A stretch of DNA of 64,000 nucleotides, from NCBI GenBank assembly GCA_964247055.1, contig OZ176054.1:9424001-9488000 (forward strand), written 5' to 3'. Numbering within the stretch: position 1 is the stretch's first letter; each line of letters opens with the position of its first letter. The position numbers and the translations under genes are program-made. The DNA comes from Paragordius varius (taxonomy: Eukaryota > Animalia > Nematomorpha). This document shows positions 12,829-25,803 of the stretch, piece by piece. The notes beneath the pieces are model-generated. The model ran no database searches. It was not told the DNA's origin and was given only the letters and a program-made list of their open reading frames with translations.

Positions 12829-13829
12829 TAATATAGTAAATCTATTTATTATTAACAGCATTATTATCAATTAATATCAGCTCAATATGTGATTTTATCA
12901 TATTGACATTTTTGATGCTTTTTTGGGTTGCAATAGTACACTATTGAAACTAGATGGCCCACAAGTTTTCCGGAAGTTCTGAACTTAAAATTTCAGGAAC
13001 TTGCATTTTTTCAAAACCCAATCTTCACAGGGGGTAGGGCAAAACTTAGGGTCTAATTCAAAAAAGGGCATAGCCACATTCGGCGTATTAATAAATGAAA
13101 ATATAGTTTTTACTTTGGAATCGGAATGGGCTTATCCGTGTTCCAGCCTATCTCAAAGCTCACACCTCTTATATTTATCAATATCTAGATTTAACATATA
13201 TTTTAAATTAATATCGCGCAATATCGGCATTTTTACGTTTATCTCAATACTTTATTACCTTGAAAGTTACATTGGTCAAAATTTAAATCAAACATTTCAT
13301 GTAACATAAAACTTATATTTTTTACAATTTTGTGACTTTAAGAGTGTAAAACAGGGACAGCTCCAAAACACGGTTGAAACGAACAGCTGATATTGAAATC
13401 AAATTATCTCTTTTTTGGTATAATGTAGCCTGAGAGCATTTTAAAGTTAATTATTTACATTTTATAATTATAATATGCATTTATTTGCCTGTTGCATTGG
13501 CGATTTAAAAAAACAAAAAAATGGCGGAAAATGAGAGGATTTTTTTCATTTTTTTGAATATTTTTTTGTACAATTCGCCTAAAAGACTAATGAAAGCATA
13601 TTTTTAAATTCGGTCGGCGTAATATTAAATGCTTTTTATGTTTAAATTCTCTAAGATATAAAACTACCCCAAAAGGTAATGAAGTGTAAATAGAACCACC
13701 CCATTTTTAAAGGGGAATATCTTTCGGATTCTAGATCTAAAATATTAGTAAAAAATGTTGTTTTTCTCTCTATATGTAGTTTATGATATATTTTAGTGTT
13801 TTCTAACACTCCGATTCAAATTGGATTTT

Positions 13830-15262
13830 TTAAAAACTACTGAAGAAAACGGTGCTAATTTAAATTTATGCGTCTTACTTAATAAAAATTATATAAATAT
13901 GGCAATATTCCAACTAAAATTTTGTTTCGAAAAAAAAGTTCCATCTCAAACTATATCGACGCCATTTTTATTTTACAAAATATTTGCAAAATATCGTTTT
14001 CGTTAGGTTTTAAGGGTAAAATTAAAGCTAATTTTTTATTTAAATTACATCTTACATTGAATAAAAAAAACAGTTTATTTTGTATTATTTTTTAATTTTA
14101 CCAGTGCACACATGTCACGTTGCTTATACCTTTCGGTTTTAGCTTAAAATAAGTAATATCAAGTATTTTTGAATAAATATTTTTATATATTTCGGTTTAT
14201 TGATGTTATATAAGTGCACAATTTTGCCATGGTTATTTAATTTTAAACAGGCCTGGGGTATTTAAATGCCCCAATTTGAATTGAAGGACTAAAATGAATG
14301 TGATGTATCCAAGTGTTAATTAAGCGATTAGTCACCAAAAAATTATAATTTAAAACTTGATTTTAAATTGAGATATCTAAATAGCCCAGACATTTAAATT
14401 GATTTTTAAAAAAACCTGAAAGCACCGGGTCCAATTCAAATGTAAGCTTCTATCCAAATTAAAATTATAGAAATAAGCCAAAACATCTAAATGAAATTTA
14501 GTTTTCAAAAAAATTTTCTTATCGAACTACATGGACGGCCTAAAATTTGGTTTACTTTTTATTAAAATAAAATTAGAAAAAAGGGTATATTTTGCATTAT
14601 TTTTATATTTGGCTTATGCGCGTTGGCTAAATTTTTTACTTTGGGATTTTACATCTGAATATTTTCTAATAAGTATTTTTAAATATTTTTGTTATATTTC
14701 GGTTCATTTAGGTTATATGGAAACTTTTGACATGGTTTCAGTTTATTCCAACTTTTTTAAAATAATTAATTTTCAAACTTTAACACATCGATACAACACA
14801 TTCATTTTAGTTCTTCGACTCGAATTGAGGTAGTTGGATACCCCAGTTTTAAATAAATACTTAAAAAATATAGAAGGAATCGAAATCATAATTTGCACTT
14901 ACACACCAAAAATAAACCGGTATATAAAAAATGTATTCAAAAATACTAGATAATACTTATTTTAAGTTAAAATCCAAATGTAATTTAGTCAAGATAACAT
15001 GTGTGCATTGGTAAATCAAAAAATAAACAAAATAAACTACTTTTTCTATTTCTATCAATTTTAGATGTAATTTAAATTTTATCTTTAACCTTACTTTTAA
15101 AGAACACGATATTTTCAAAAATTTTATAAAATATGGCGCCGAAGTAGTGAACATGAAACTTTTTTTTCTAAACAAAATTATATTCAGATGTCTTGTCTTA
15201 TTTAAATAATTAGGATATAAGCATTAATTTAAATAAGGACCATTTTTTGCAGTAATTTTTTA
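13830..15262. mobile_element. Large foldback element with ~500-bp diverged inverted arms
   Basis: 13830-14330 matches the reverse complement of ~14780-15262 (e.g. tttaccagtgcacacatg vs catgtgtgcattggtaaa; ctggggtatt vs ataccccag); inner motif also at ~4035-4110 and ~15280-15350. ORFs 14531..14833 and 14957..15175 look non-coding. Confidence 0.7.
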
Positions 15263-15700
15263 TATATATTAATTTAAATTTAGTCTGGGGTATTTAGAAA
15301 CTCCAATTTGAATCGAAGTAATCGAAGAACTGAAATGTTTAAGTGTTAACCAAAGATGTGCAAATTTTGCCATTTTTTGATGTGGAGCATTGCCCCAAAA
15401 ATGTAAGAAACTTTTTTAAACAACTCTTAAGCCATAAAAAAAGCATCATTACTATTGATGCATTCTTTCTATTTGAATATATTCCCATACATATAATGTG
15501 AAGAAGTTGTCACAAAAGTGTAAATAACTTTCTTACTCACAAGTGCCAAAACCTAAGGCACAATATTAATTCTGATACATTTTACTATCAAGATAAATAT
15601 ATTTCACGATTATTTTGTCGAGACTGTAATGCGTAAATGAGCTTTAAAAAATTATATTTTGATATCACAATATTAAATAATGAATGAATAAATTTTTAGC

Positions 15701-18700
15701 ATGGAAAGCGAAGCACAAAATTTGCTTCAAAGCATTATTGAAGGAGATTCTTTTAATCAGAACTTGCGTAAATTTTTAAATTAATCTTGATAAGCTGATG
15801 AAATAAATGAGGTATCTGTTGATTATCCCAGTCAATTCTTAAATGGAACTTTAACCTTTGAGGAGTATCAACATCTGCTTGAATATGGATCCAATGACGA
15901 AGAGGATGGTATTATTTTTATTTATTATTAGATAGGTTTTCTTTAAGCGATGAAGATTGGCTTCCGTCAGACAAGAAAAATGTCCAAGAAACAGAGAAAA
16001 GGGAACGCTCACGCATAAAAAGAAGTAATCTTCCCAAACATCTTCAAGGATTAATGGGGACTGCAAATTTACAATGGGCTAATGGCCACATTTCTGAGGC
16101 TTTTAAAATATGTATGGAGATTATCAGGTTCTTAATAATTTAATATGTTTCTTTGCTTAACTACAATACTACAACGAAATTAGTTTAAAGTCCAATGTTA
16201 TTATTTGCTATATGATCGATTAATGAATTTATTGTTTTTTGGCATTTCAATTAAAATATAAAATGACACTATAGTTATCTCGCAAATCCATTTTTCAGCG
16301 AAAAATATTTTCGTTTGGTATTTAGGGTGGCCACATTTGATATCTAGGGTTGTTGGCGATTAAAGTGGATATTGGTTGTTTAATGCCGGCTTTTTTTTCT
16401 CCTTTTAGGATATTTTCCTCATAACTGCAATTTAGGGGCGGGGGGTGAGGTTTCATTTAGTAAATAATTTTAACTCTTTATTAATTTTAATAAATCATCC
16501 GGCTTATGAAAAAGTGGGCCCAATTTGTGGGATATGTGGCCTAATTCTTATATATTGTTTACCTTATGTACTAGATGTCTTTTATTGTTAATAATAATTT
16601 TATTAAGGATTAATTGTGGTCGCTTAAAATATTCATCAAAATGTGGTATAAATTATTTAACTCTTTTATTTTCATTTAATTTTGAGATATTTTGATTATT
16701 TATTTTCACAACTTATAATATCCGCAAACATTGGTATAACACTGGACACTCTGCATTTTTAACCTTATATTTTATTGTATCCTCGAAAAGTTTTTGATTA
16801 CCTTTGCCTCTTATGATAGTTTTATACCCTTGAGCCAATTAAAATTTAAATGTCTAATAAGTATTTAAAGTGTTGAGCTAAATTTAAAAATCTTCCTTGA
16901 AAAATTTTAAAAATTAAAAAATCCTCATCTCTAACTTTTTTTAAAAATTTTTAATCAATACAACCGGCAAATAAATGCATATTATGGTTTAAAAAAGGAA
17001 ATTAACTAACTTCAGAAAACTTTCAGATTTTTATAGTAAATTGATACTCATAGATTTTAATATCAGTTGTTTGTTTCAATCGTGTTTCGGAGCTATCACC
17101 TGAGATTTAAGAAAATTCTTAAAATAATAGCTTTCTTATACAGGTATACAGACTTTAATATTAAATCTTAACCAAAACGTTTTTCATAGTAGTTTTTGTG
17201 TATAATATAACTTAAAAATGTTATCTGCAAAAAAATATAAAATAAAAAAGTATTAAACTGTTAAAAAGAATTCTAGCAAATTATTGTAAAAAAGTTGTTA
17301 TTAATATATTACATTTTATGGGTTTTAGTTCGTGTCCTTCGGCACATGAACCGTATAGCCTTTTAAGCGTTTTATACAAAGAAACGGGTGAACCCCAAAA
17401 AGCTTTACAAAATGCCATTATAGCAGCTAATCTTGATACAAGCCTCGATCCCAATCGATGGATAAAACTGGCCGAACATTATATGGATGATGGTCAAACT
17501 GTTGAGGCTCTAAAATATACTCGAAAGGTTTACATTTTTTTTATAAAAATATATTTTTATTATATTTTTATATATAATTTTATTAAATATATTTACAATA
17601 TTGTTTGAAACATTTTAATTGTATGCCTTTTTAGGGTGTCTTGCGAATTTTCACAATTTTTTTATAACACTCTACTTTAAATCTAATCATAATTCCACAA
17701 AATATTCCTTCACTCTAATTTGTATTTTAATAATATTATTTTCAATATACAAGGGACTGTAGTATAAAAAGTGCTATGTTTTTACATTATCTCCTATATT
17801 ATTTATATCAAACAAGTGTAGACAAACGTAAAAAACCATTGAAAATCGAAATGAATAAATTCTTATATTGATCGATCCCTTATAATAATAATATCACTAA
17901 TAATATGTGTTTTAGGTACTGTGTCTTTTGTATTCAAACGATTTTCGAATCGTCTAATATAACCGGAAGTACTTTTTTTGTTAGATTTTACTTTTAGAAC
18001 CGGTGCAGAAATTGTTTTAAAAGGAGGATAAAACCAATATTATTTTGAAATTTGACTGTAGCGGCTTACGAAATAATTGGAAACTTAACATGCAATTATG
18101 CGCACAACATCTTGGTAAAATTGATTTTTCGCAAATAATTTTTTGGAGAATAGTCTATTCAATTTAAAACGAACAAGAATACATTGTTTTACGGTCTTAT
18201 GTTGAAATCTATTAAATGGTTATAAATGCTCGCATATATTCTTTAAATGCGACCCGCCATTATATTTTGAGTTCAAAATGCGGCCCACGAAGCCATTTGT
18301 GTTTGACACCCCTGAACTTTAAAGATATGTTTTTCAAATTTTTTATGTCTTTCTGTTTATTGCCAATAATATTGATTAATTACAATTTACAAATGTTTCA
18401 TATTATATTTGATATTATTTATTTTTTAGGCAATCACTTCCCTTCGTTATAAGATTAAACGCGATAACAATGAACAAGATATTTTTCTACTTATCAGTTT
18501 GTGTTTTAATTGCGCTTTAGAGGAAGAAAAATTGAGTTTTCGAAAAGCTCTACAAGGTTTCATTTATTATATTTTTAAATGAGTAATTGTGCATAAATTT
18601 GTGTGAATTCAGTTAAAAATTAGTAAAAAGGTTATTTATTATTAAAACATTTATTGCTTCCCTTAATTGTTTTAACATAAATTTAACTTTAATAATTTTT

Positions 18701-21700
18701 TAGCTTATGAACAACTGTATCAGTACATGCTTAAATTCCGTGTATTCAATCATCCCGAAATCAAAGAACAAAACGTTATCGTTAAAATTGCTCAATTACT
18801 GCAATCACAGAAGAATGATGCACAAGCCTACAAAAGCTTACAAGCTATTTTTGTCAAATATCCCGTCGGGGATATAGATCATACAATCATTAATCTTTAT
18901 CTTGATGTTGCGGTAAATATATTAACTAACTAACTAACATGATTTAATTGTCAATAATCTATCTGACCTATGATTTTAATTTGATTAACGATTGTTTAAT
19001 TAAACTATTCACAAAAATGACTACAAATGTACTCTGAAATCAAACTGCTTAGTTCCAATTATATTTTTTTCTATTACGTAATCGGGTTGTTTTAGGGGTT
19101 AAGTTAAACCCTTGCACTTTAATTTAAACCAAACTATATTTTCAATAATTTTAGATAAAAACCGGAAATTATTTTGAAGTTCTTATCATACTTGGTAAAG
19201 TTTGTGCAATAGATTTTCTCTCACCTGCTCTCGTAAAATCGAATGTCGATTTCATCGATAGTTTTGCCAATAGACATATCAACCTACCTAGTAATTTACC
19301 GATCGATCTGCAATGTAAATTAGGCATTGCTCTTATTTTGTTGCAAAAGAAACCGCAATATAACTTTTTCGATGAACTATATTCTTTTCATGAAAATGAG
19401 GGTTTATACACCAAACTCCTGAACGAAATTGAACAAACGTTATTGAGTCTTGAACCAAATATGTTTGGTGATTTATACATAGATCTTATAGAGGCTTATA
19501 AAATAAAACCTGATATTGATATAGCCAATAATGCCACCTTACACCCAACAAAATTGGATTCATCAACATTCGCATATCGAATTCGTGATCTACATTTAAA
19601 AAAATCTTTGACTTTATTTTATAAACTACTAGGCATAACAACGCCCAATTTATCGGAATTGATTCAATCACGAAAAAAAAATAACTGGTCCCATTTCGAA
19701 ACCCAACTTAACGCTACTAATTATGTCGATATCCCAGGTATATGGCTTTCATTTTCCGAAGTTTTGGAGTATTTGAATTATCTTTCTCTGGCTCTTGAGG
19801 CGATTGAAAAAGTGCTAGCCATAATTCCTAATCATTTTATTGCAAAATTTAAGTACCGCACACTTAACAAAAAATTGGGGATTGAATTACCCATTAACAC
19901 GGTGGAAAAAACTTCTTTTGATGCCGTAAATCAAACATCAAACCTAAATGAGATTAAGGATTTAGGGAATGAACTAAACATGTTCCCATACCCCGCTCCC
20001 TATTATACCTTGCAATATTTTTCGAATCTCAATGATCTCGACCTACTTGAAGAATGTTTGAAAGAATGTCAAAATCTCGAATTACAAATGCATATTCATC
20101 AACATAATAACACCAGTGCACTCATGTTACCTGCTAATCGTACAACTGAAAATATATATCTTGAACGTTTTATAAATTATTCCATAATTTCATACGTAGG
20201 TATGGGCCTTTCCATTATCTATTCACTGGCGCTCGATAATACGGATGAGAGGTGCCTAATACCCAAATCATTTATTCAAAGGCATTTACATGCAACGAAA
20301 ATGAGATTACAGCATGATACTCATCATGGTGATATGTCGTCCGGTTTAAATCATACGCCCTTAACAAATGAAAAATATAGTATGGGATCAAAACGTGGTT
20401 ATTATATCATGAATTTGGCTAAAAAATTGTTTGAACGAATGATTGATACGTTAACTAAGCTTGTATTACAGCAAGAAAGCTATATGCGTGATAATGAAAA
20501 CTTTGAAAATCAAGAGGGGGCTAAATTTATACATGATACCCTAAATACTCTCTTATTTTTGTTATTGTGTGGCGCGGGATATCGAAATTTATTTTGCAAC
20601 AAAGATATAAGAAAACAATTAAAGTACAATGTAACATTCCTAGCCATTAAGCTTAACAATTGGCCGCTGACCATGGAATTTTTAAGAATGTTTATACGGG
20701 AAACTGATACAGGCATAAATAATGTCCAAATTAGTGACAGTACTTTATCAACAGATCAAATGATTTCGTTAACCGAATCGACTCATAAATATCGAGCCGT
20801 ATATGTGTTAAATACTAGCTTACTCAATACCTTAATTTACGTTTTTAATAAGACCCTATACCCAAGTGGAGATATGGAGGATGCATGCTTTAAAACTCCA
20901 TTCGCCGAAATGAATCTCACTGAGTCTCGGTCCTCACATGAACCCATAAATCCATCGGTAGTTAAGTTAAAGACAAACCTATATAATTTTAATGGCATAT
21001 ACAGGCTAATACGTTCCCGTTTAAACCAATGTGTCAATAGCTCTCGAGTTGTCGGACCAACTTACGAACCGTTGAATCAATTGATGGTGCTGACACACGA
21101 ACTTTTACATTCTTTTGCACTTGCTTCTATAAACATGAGCATTGGATATCATGGATCTGCCCTCTCTGAGTGCCGTAATTTACTTGTTTTGGCCCATAAA
21201 ATTCGATCCTTTCTGACACTTAACCCGGAATGTTTAAACATTTATTTTGGCCCGGATGAAATGGATCACATAGAGGCTCAAACATATTTCATGTTAGGGG
21301 TCTGTTTACTTAATCATTCCTGTAAACCGTATACCCTACATCGCCAAGCTCCTATATTTTTAGGGTTTCCCTCGCTCGACGCCCAAAAAGCATACGAGGA
21401 TTGTGCCAAAATTTTGGCTCCGTACATACCTATAACATATGCTTTTATCTGTTTTTCAATGTATCGATCCTTGAGAGTCGGTGAATATATTCGGGAAAAT
21501 GTTGAAAAAGATCAAACTTCAAGCATTGATGAAAAAAATAACCTATGTTTACAGCAAGAAGTGTTATATAATATTGGACGCGCATTTCATCAAGTTAATA
21601 TGATACCCCAAGCCTTGCATTATTATGAAGAGGCTTTATCCGTACCGCCAGCGCGTTTACAATCCCCTTCAACAGACGCCAACATTAAAAAAAAAATTAG

Positions 21701-21818
21701 TAAGGTTTTTACCTATGATCTCACAAAACACATAGCTTTCAATTTGCGAGCCATATATATGAACTCTGAATCCTATGATATGGCTTCCTATATAACACAG
21801 AAATATTTGCAAGAATGA
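15701..21818 (+). CDS. GTF3C3: General transcription factor IIIC subunit 3 (TFIIIC102/Tfc4), TPR protein, predicted 7 exons, ~1191 aa
   Basis: Exons 15701-15767, 15795-15908, 15932-16127, 17329-17527, 18430-18556, 18704-18912, 19155-21818 join in frame with GT-AG introns (3576 nt). Motifs FLNGTLTFEEY, SNLPKHLQGLMGTAN...ICMEII, EPYSLLSVLY...AIIAANL, LPIDLQCKL and C-terminal QEVLYNIGRAFHQ...ALHYYEEAL...AFNL match GTF3C3. The first exon is the least certain. Confidence 0.88.
18240..18314. mobile_element. One end of a Charlie/Buster-type hAT MITE in a GTF3C3 intron
   Basis: atgcggcccacgaagccatttgtgtttgacacccctg ends in the reverse complement of a CAGGGGTGTCAAAC-type TIR; the matching end and TSD are not clearly found. 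Confidence 0.45.
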
Positions 21819-22356
21819 ATAAATAATTATTAATTTATAACTTTGCTAATACTTTTACAATCCTTATTTCTACATAAGATATGTATGTGCAAAGATGACA
21901 ATATAATACGAATACTTTTAAACGTTTTATAGGAGTTGTAGACTATAAATATGTTTGTCATTTTTTCAAGTGTTTAATTTGATAGCAGGTATCAACTATA
22001 GATAAAGCTTCATTTCCTTAACTCGTATAAATATTACTATACGAAAAAAATATATTTATAACTCAAAATTATGCAAATATGACCGTTGCTTTTGTTTTAC
22101 TTGGAACCTTTTTTCCAAAAACTTGTCAAACATATATCACTATATATACATATATACGAGATTTGCATTTAAAGCAAAAATTTGCCATTTACCATAGTTT
22201 TCCTACGTAGGATCTTTGGTATTAAGAAAAAAAGTTTAATATATTGTTTAAAGTTTAAACCTTCTAAAAAAGCATTAATCCTAAGTCCAATGTACTTTTG
22301 TTGGAATGATGTTTATCTAACAGAGTTCACATCTTATTCCTACAGTAGTTTTTTTC

Positions 22357-22360
<4 letters not shown>

Positions 22361-22394
<34 letters not shown>
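22361..22394. repeat. (TA)n microsatellite
   Basis: Uninterrupted TA run; similar runs at ~8020-8044, ~30735-30758 and ~33245-33276. Confidence 0.9.
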
Positions 22395-22397
<3 letters not shown>

Positions 22398-22966
22398 TTG
22401 ACAATATCTTATTGACAATATTCGGTCACGGAATATTGACAATCTAGAGAATGGTTTTATAAGGACAAGTGTCGTATAACTTTTTTCATGTAACCATTTT
22501 TATAATAGGTCTATGTGTTTCCCACTATTCAGAAAAACTTTAAAAAATAGATTTCGAAATAACGAATCATAAATTAATCTTTAATCTTAGCCATCATTAC
22601 AAACCAATATCTTATTATAAAACGAGTTATTTTAGCCCTATTAGTCAAGTATATTTTTTACTTAAAATATGTTTGGTTTATTTTACGTTTGTAGGTTTTT
22701 CGGATATATATTACATAGCTCTGGGATTCACTAACTAAGCTTTTTTTGTCCAAAACACAGGGCATGGCATAATACAGAAACTAATATGAATTATCTCTGA
22801 TTTCGCATTCCCAACTAAATGAAATTTAATTACGTTATTTATTTAAACACACGATTATTAAGGCTTCATTTTTTGGTATTTTATATTATTCATATTATCA
22901 CAAAACGACCAAATATTTTATAAAATACATAGGTGTGGAATGTTTTATGGTAAAAACAGTACATAA

Positions 22967-24047
22967 TTTATATATTTATAAAAATGGAAAATGCTGGCTT
23001 TGTGATCTGGTACCGGAAAACCGGTAGACCCATTCAAATCCAAACTTCGAAAAAATATAATCATTAATGAATGCCCCGACAATAGCTTCGCCCTTTTTTT
23101 GAAATAGGCCCCCAGTTCGGGCCCACCCCGTGTGAAAAATGGTTTTTTTGAAAACATAAGTCCACAAAAATCGTGTCTTTGAGACAATTTTCCGTAGAAT
23201 GTGTTGGACCATTATTTCAAATATGATTTTTGTTTACTTATTTTCAATTGCGCCGAACATAGTCGTCTCGCTTTTTTGATTTAGGCCCTCTTTTTACCCG
23301 CTCCCCCTTAAAATGCCATTTTTTTCAAAAAACAAAGTCCACAAAAATAATTTTTTAAATCTATTTTTTGCCCTAGGTATGAGACCGTAAAAATTCGATA
23401 TGGATTCCGCGTATTCCCTGTTAAAAGGCAAAAATTTAAGTCAGGCGTTTCTTTGATGATAGCTGCTGGGTAATTAGCTACCCGCGAAAAACTGATTCCT
23501 CATGTAACTTCGTGATCTGTTTCCGGAAAACCGGTAAACCCAATCAAATTCAAATATCAAAAACATATAATCATTAATGAATGCCCCGACAATAGCTTCG
23601 CCCTTTTTTTGATATAGGCCCCCAGTTTGGGCCCACTGTGTGAAAAACGGGTTTTTTTGAAAACAGAAGTCCACAAAAATCGTGTCTTTGAGACAATATT
23701 CTGGAAAACATGTTGTATCATTAAATTTTAAATATGATTTTTGTTTGCTTATTTTCGATTGCGCCGAACATACTCGCTTTTTTGATTTAGTCTCTCTTTT
23801 TGCCCGCTCCCCCCTAGAATGCCATTTTTTAAAAAAACAAAGTCTACAAAAATAATTTTTTAAATCTATTTTCCCCCCAATTAAACAATATATTAGTATG
23901 AATGCTCCGTTTTAAAATTCCTATAAAATCATATCTATTAAATAATTTCGAAATAATCCACATAAGTGGATCATTTTATTGTCCCTTATTTCAAATAGCC
24001 CTACCCCCCCAGAGTCCGAAGGACTTCCTCGGCGAGATTCACCCTAG
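22967..24047 (+). mobile_element. Non-autonomous Helitron with internal duplication
   Basis: A|TTTATATATTTATAAAAATGG start (TC changed to TT), end accCTAG|T at 24044-24047, hairpin agtcc-gaa-ggact upstream. The 5' ~450-bp block occurs twice (22990-23400 and 23505-23900), joined by one satellite-type subunit. Confidence 0.85.
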
Positions 24048-24465
24048 TTTTATATAAAATAATTATAATAATGTTAAATCTGTTGAGAAATTAAAAAAAC
24101 ATACAGTTAAAATTTGTAATCCCTTAAATAAATGTTGTATTAAAATTAATGCTTAAAGGAAGAAAATCTTTATTCTTTACTTCACATCACCCTATGAAAT
24201 ATTTGTATAGAAAAAATTAATGAGAGATTTCCTTTACAAAAGGTATATTTATTGGCGTCTATTAGTCTAATCCAAAAATTAAATAATTATATTTTAACAC
24301 TTGTGCTGTTACGCAAAAGAGAATATGTCATGTAATTCTGGTATTTTAACTATATATACAAGGTGATGAATGCCTTCCCCAATCATTCAATTTTACTTTA
24401 TAATTTTTTGGTTATTGAAAGCTTTAACGATGAAAGGATGTTAATATAGATTTGGTTTAGTTTCA

Positions 24466-25803
24466 ATGTCATATAATACCACCAAAATTTTAATAATTGA
24501 TAAAAAGTTAGTTTCACGGTGTGTAAACTACAGTTCAATAGATTTATTTCCACGAATATTTCCAAACGAATTCACTAAATACGTGTCTATCATCTTATTT
24601 TTTATGGGTATATTTGGGAATGCGTATGGTTATCGATTGGCCAAATATCGTCTTTTCCCTGCTTCTAAACAAGTCCAAGGGAGACGCTCAACCTCTTTGA
24701 ATACATCCAAGTTATCAATAAATCAATATCTGTTGAAATGGTTTTACCAAATTAATTTTATCAACACGTTTCTAATGATCCTATCACCCATTCTACAGAT
24801 CTGGGGTAATGCTGACAAAAATTTGATTTGGGCCCGAAGGGATTGGAATTTTTATCTTGCCCATATCCATTATTTTTTGTGCAAGAGTTTGATAAGTTTT
24901 GGTTTTCTTATCTACATTTTATTTTTTGCTAATGAGCTGGTAGCTGTGTTTAAACCGTTCCAATATCGTACGATGGTAACATACAAACGCATTAATTACC
25001 TATTACTCATATGTTTTATTGCTTGTTATGTTTGGCACATTCCCACAATCTTTTGGTTAAAATCTTACCGTGTCTATATCTGTGTCAATGATACCAAAAG
25101 AATCCCTTTAATGCGGGGATTCCGTTTTTTTCCTGCTCAGTATGACAATTACGGTATGTTCATCTGGTACCATAAGGCTAACCCCATAAGCGCCCGGTCC
25201 TCGACTTGGGATAAGCTTTCCAAAGCTTATGAAATATCACGGGATTTATGTCTACGGATTTTACCCTTCCTAACAGTATTTGCTGCTAAAATTTTTCTGA
25301 TTAAGCGTGAAAACAAAGTTGCTCAAACAATACGTAATTATAGTTCGGTTGCTGCTGAATCTCCAAGCGATTTTAAATCGAGTTTTGTTGCGGTGGATAC
25401 CGTTCGTAGCCGTAGTGAAAGTAGAATGAGTTACATATTTACTGCACCACGTAAATCATCTCGCATAGCTGATGAAGAGAATAAAAGTAAGTCCTCAATA
25501 ACAGGACCATCAACTTCCACATGGTACACGAGGAAGATGGAAAAGAATGCCGAAAACTTGAAGACACTTTTCGTGCTAACGGCAGAATTTATATTTTTTC
25601 TTTTACCAATCTCTTTGATACAAATGTTTTGGGATTTTATAGCACCTCGCTTATCGCCACACCTTATATCAACGTGGTTTGAGTTTTTTTGTTTGTTGGA
25701 ATATGTTTATGTAACTTGTACATTTTACTTTAATTTTGCTTTTAACAAATATTACCGTAAATCTGCGATACTTTCATGGAAACATGACGTTAATAAAGGG
25801 TAA
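24466..25803 (+). CDS. Divergent single-exon rhodopsin-like (class A) GPCR, 445 aa
   Basis: About seven hydrophobic segments, TM1 GIFGN, TM3 end LVAVFKPFQYR (equivalent to xIAVCxP..Y), TM6 EFIFFLLP, TM7 FYFNFAFNKYYR. Loosely peptide-receptor-like; ligand unknown. Confidence 0.8.
   Translation: MSYNTTKILIIDKKLVSRCVNYSSIDLFPRIFPNEFTKYVSIILFFMGIFGNAYGYRLAKYRLFPASKQVQGRRSTSLNTSKLSINQYLLKWFYQINFINTFLMILSPILQIWGNADKNLIWARRDWNFYLAHIHYFLCKSLISFGFLIYILFFANELVAVFKPFQYRTMVTYKRINYLLLICFIACYVWHIPTIFWLKSYRVYICVNDTKRIPLMRGFRFFPAQYDNYGMFIWYHKANPISARSSTWDKLSKAYEISRDLCLRILPFLTVFAAKIFLIKRENKVAQTIRNYSSVAAESPSDFKSSFVAVDTVRSRSESRMSYIFTAPRKSSRIADEENKSKSSITGPSTSTWYTRKMEKNAENLKTLFVLTAEFIFFLLPISLIQMFWDFIAPRLSPHLISTWFEFFCLLEYVYVTCTFYFNFAFNKYYRKSAILSWKHDVNKG

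Noticed and set aside
23995-24030. gagtcc-gaa-ggac hairpin resembling hammerhead stem II
   Set aside because: No CUGAUGA core precedes it; it is the Helitron subterminal hairpin region.
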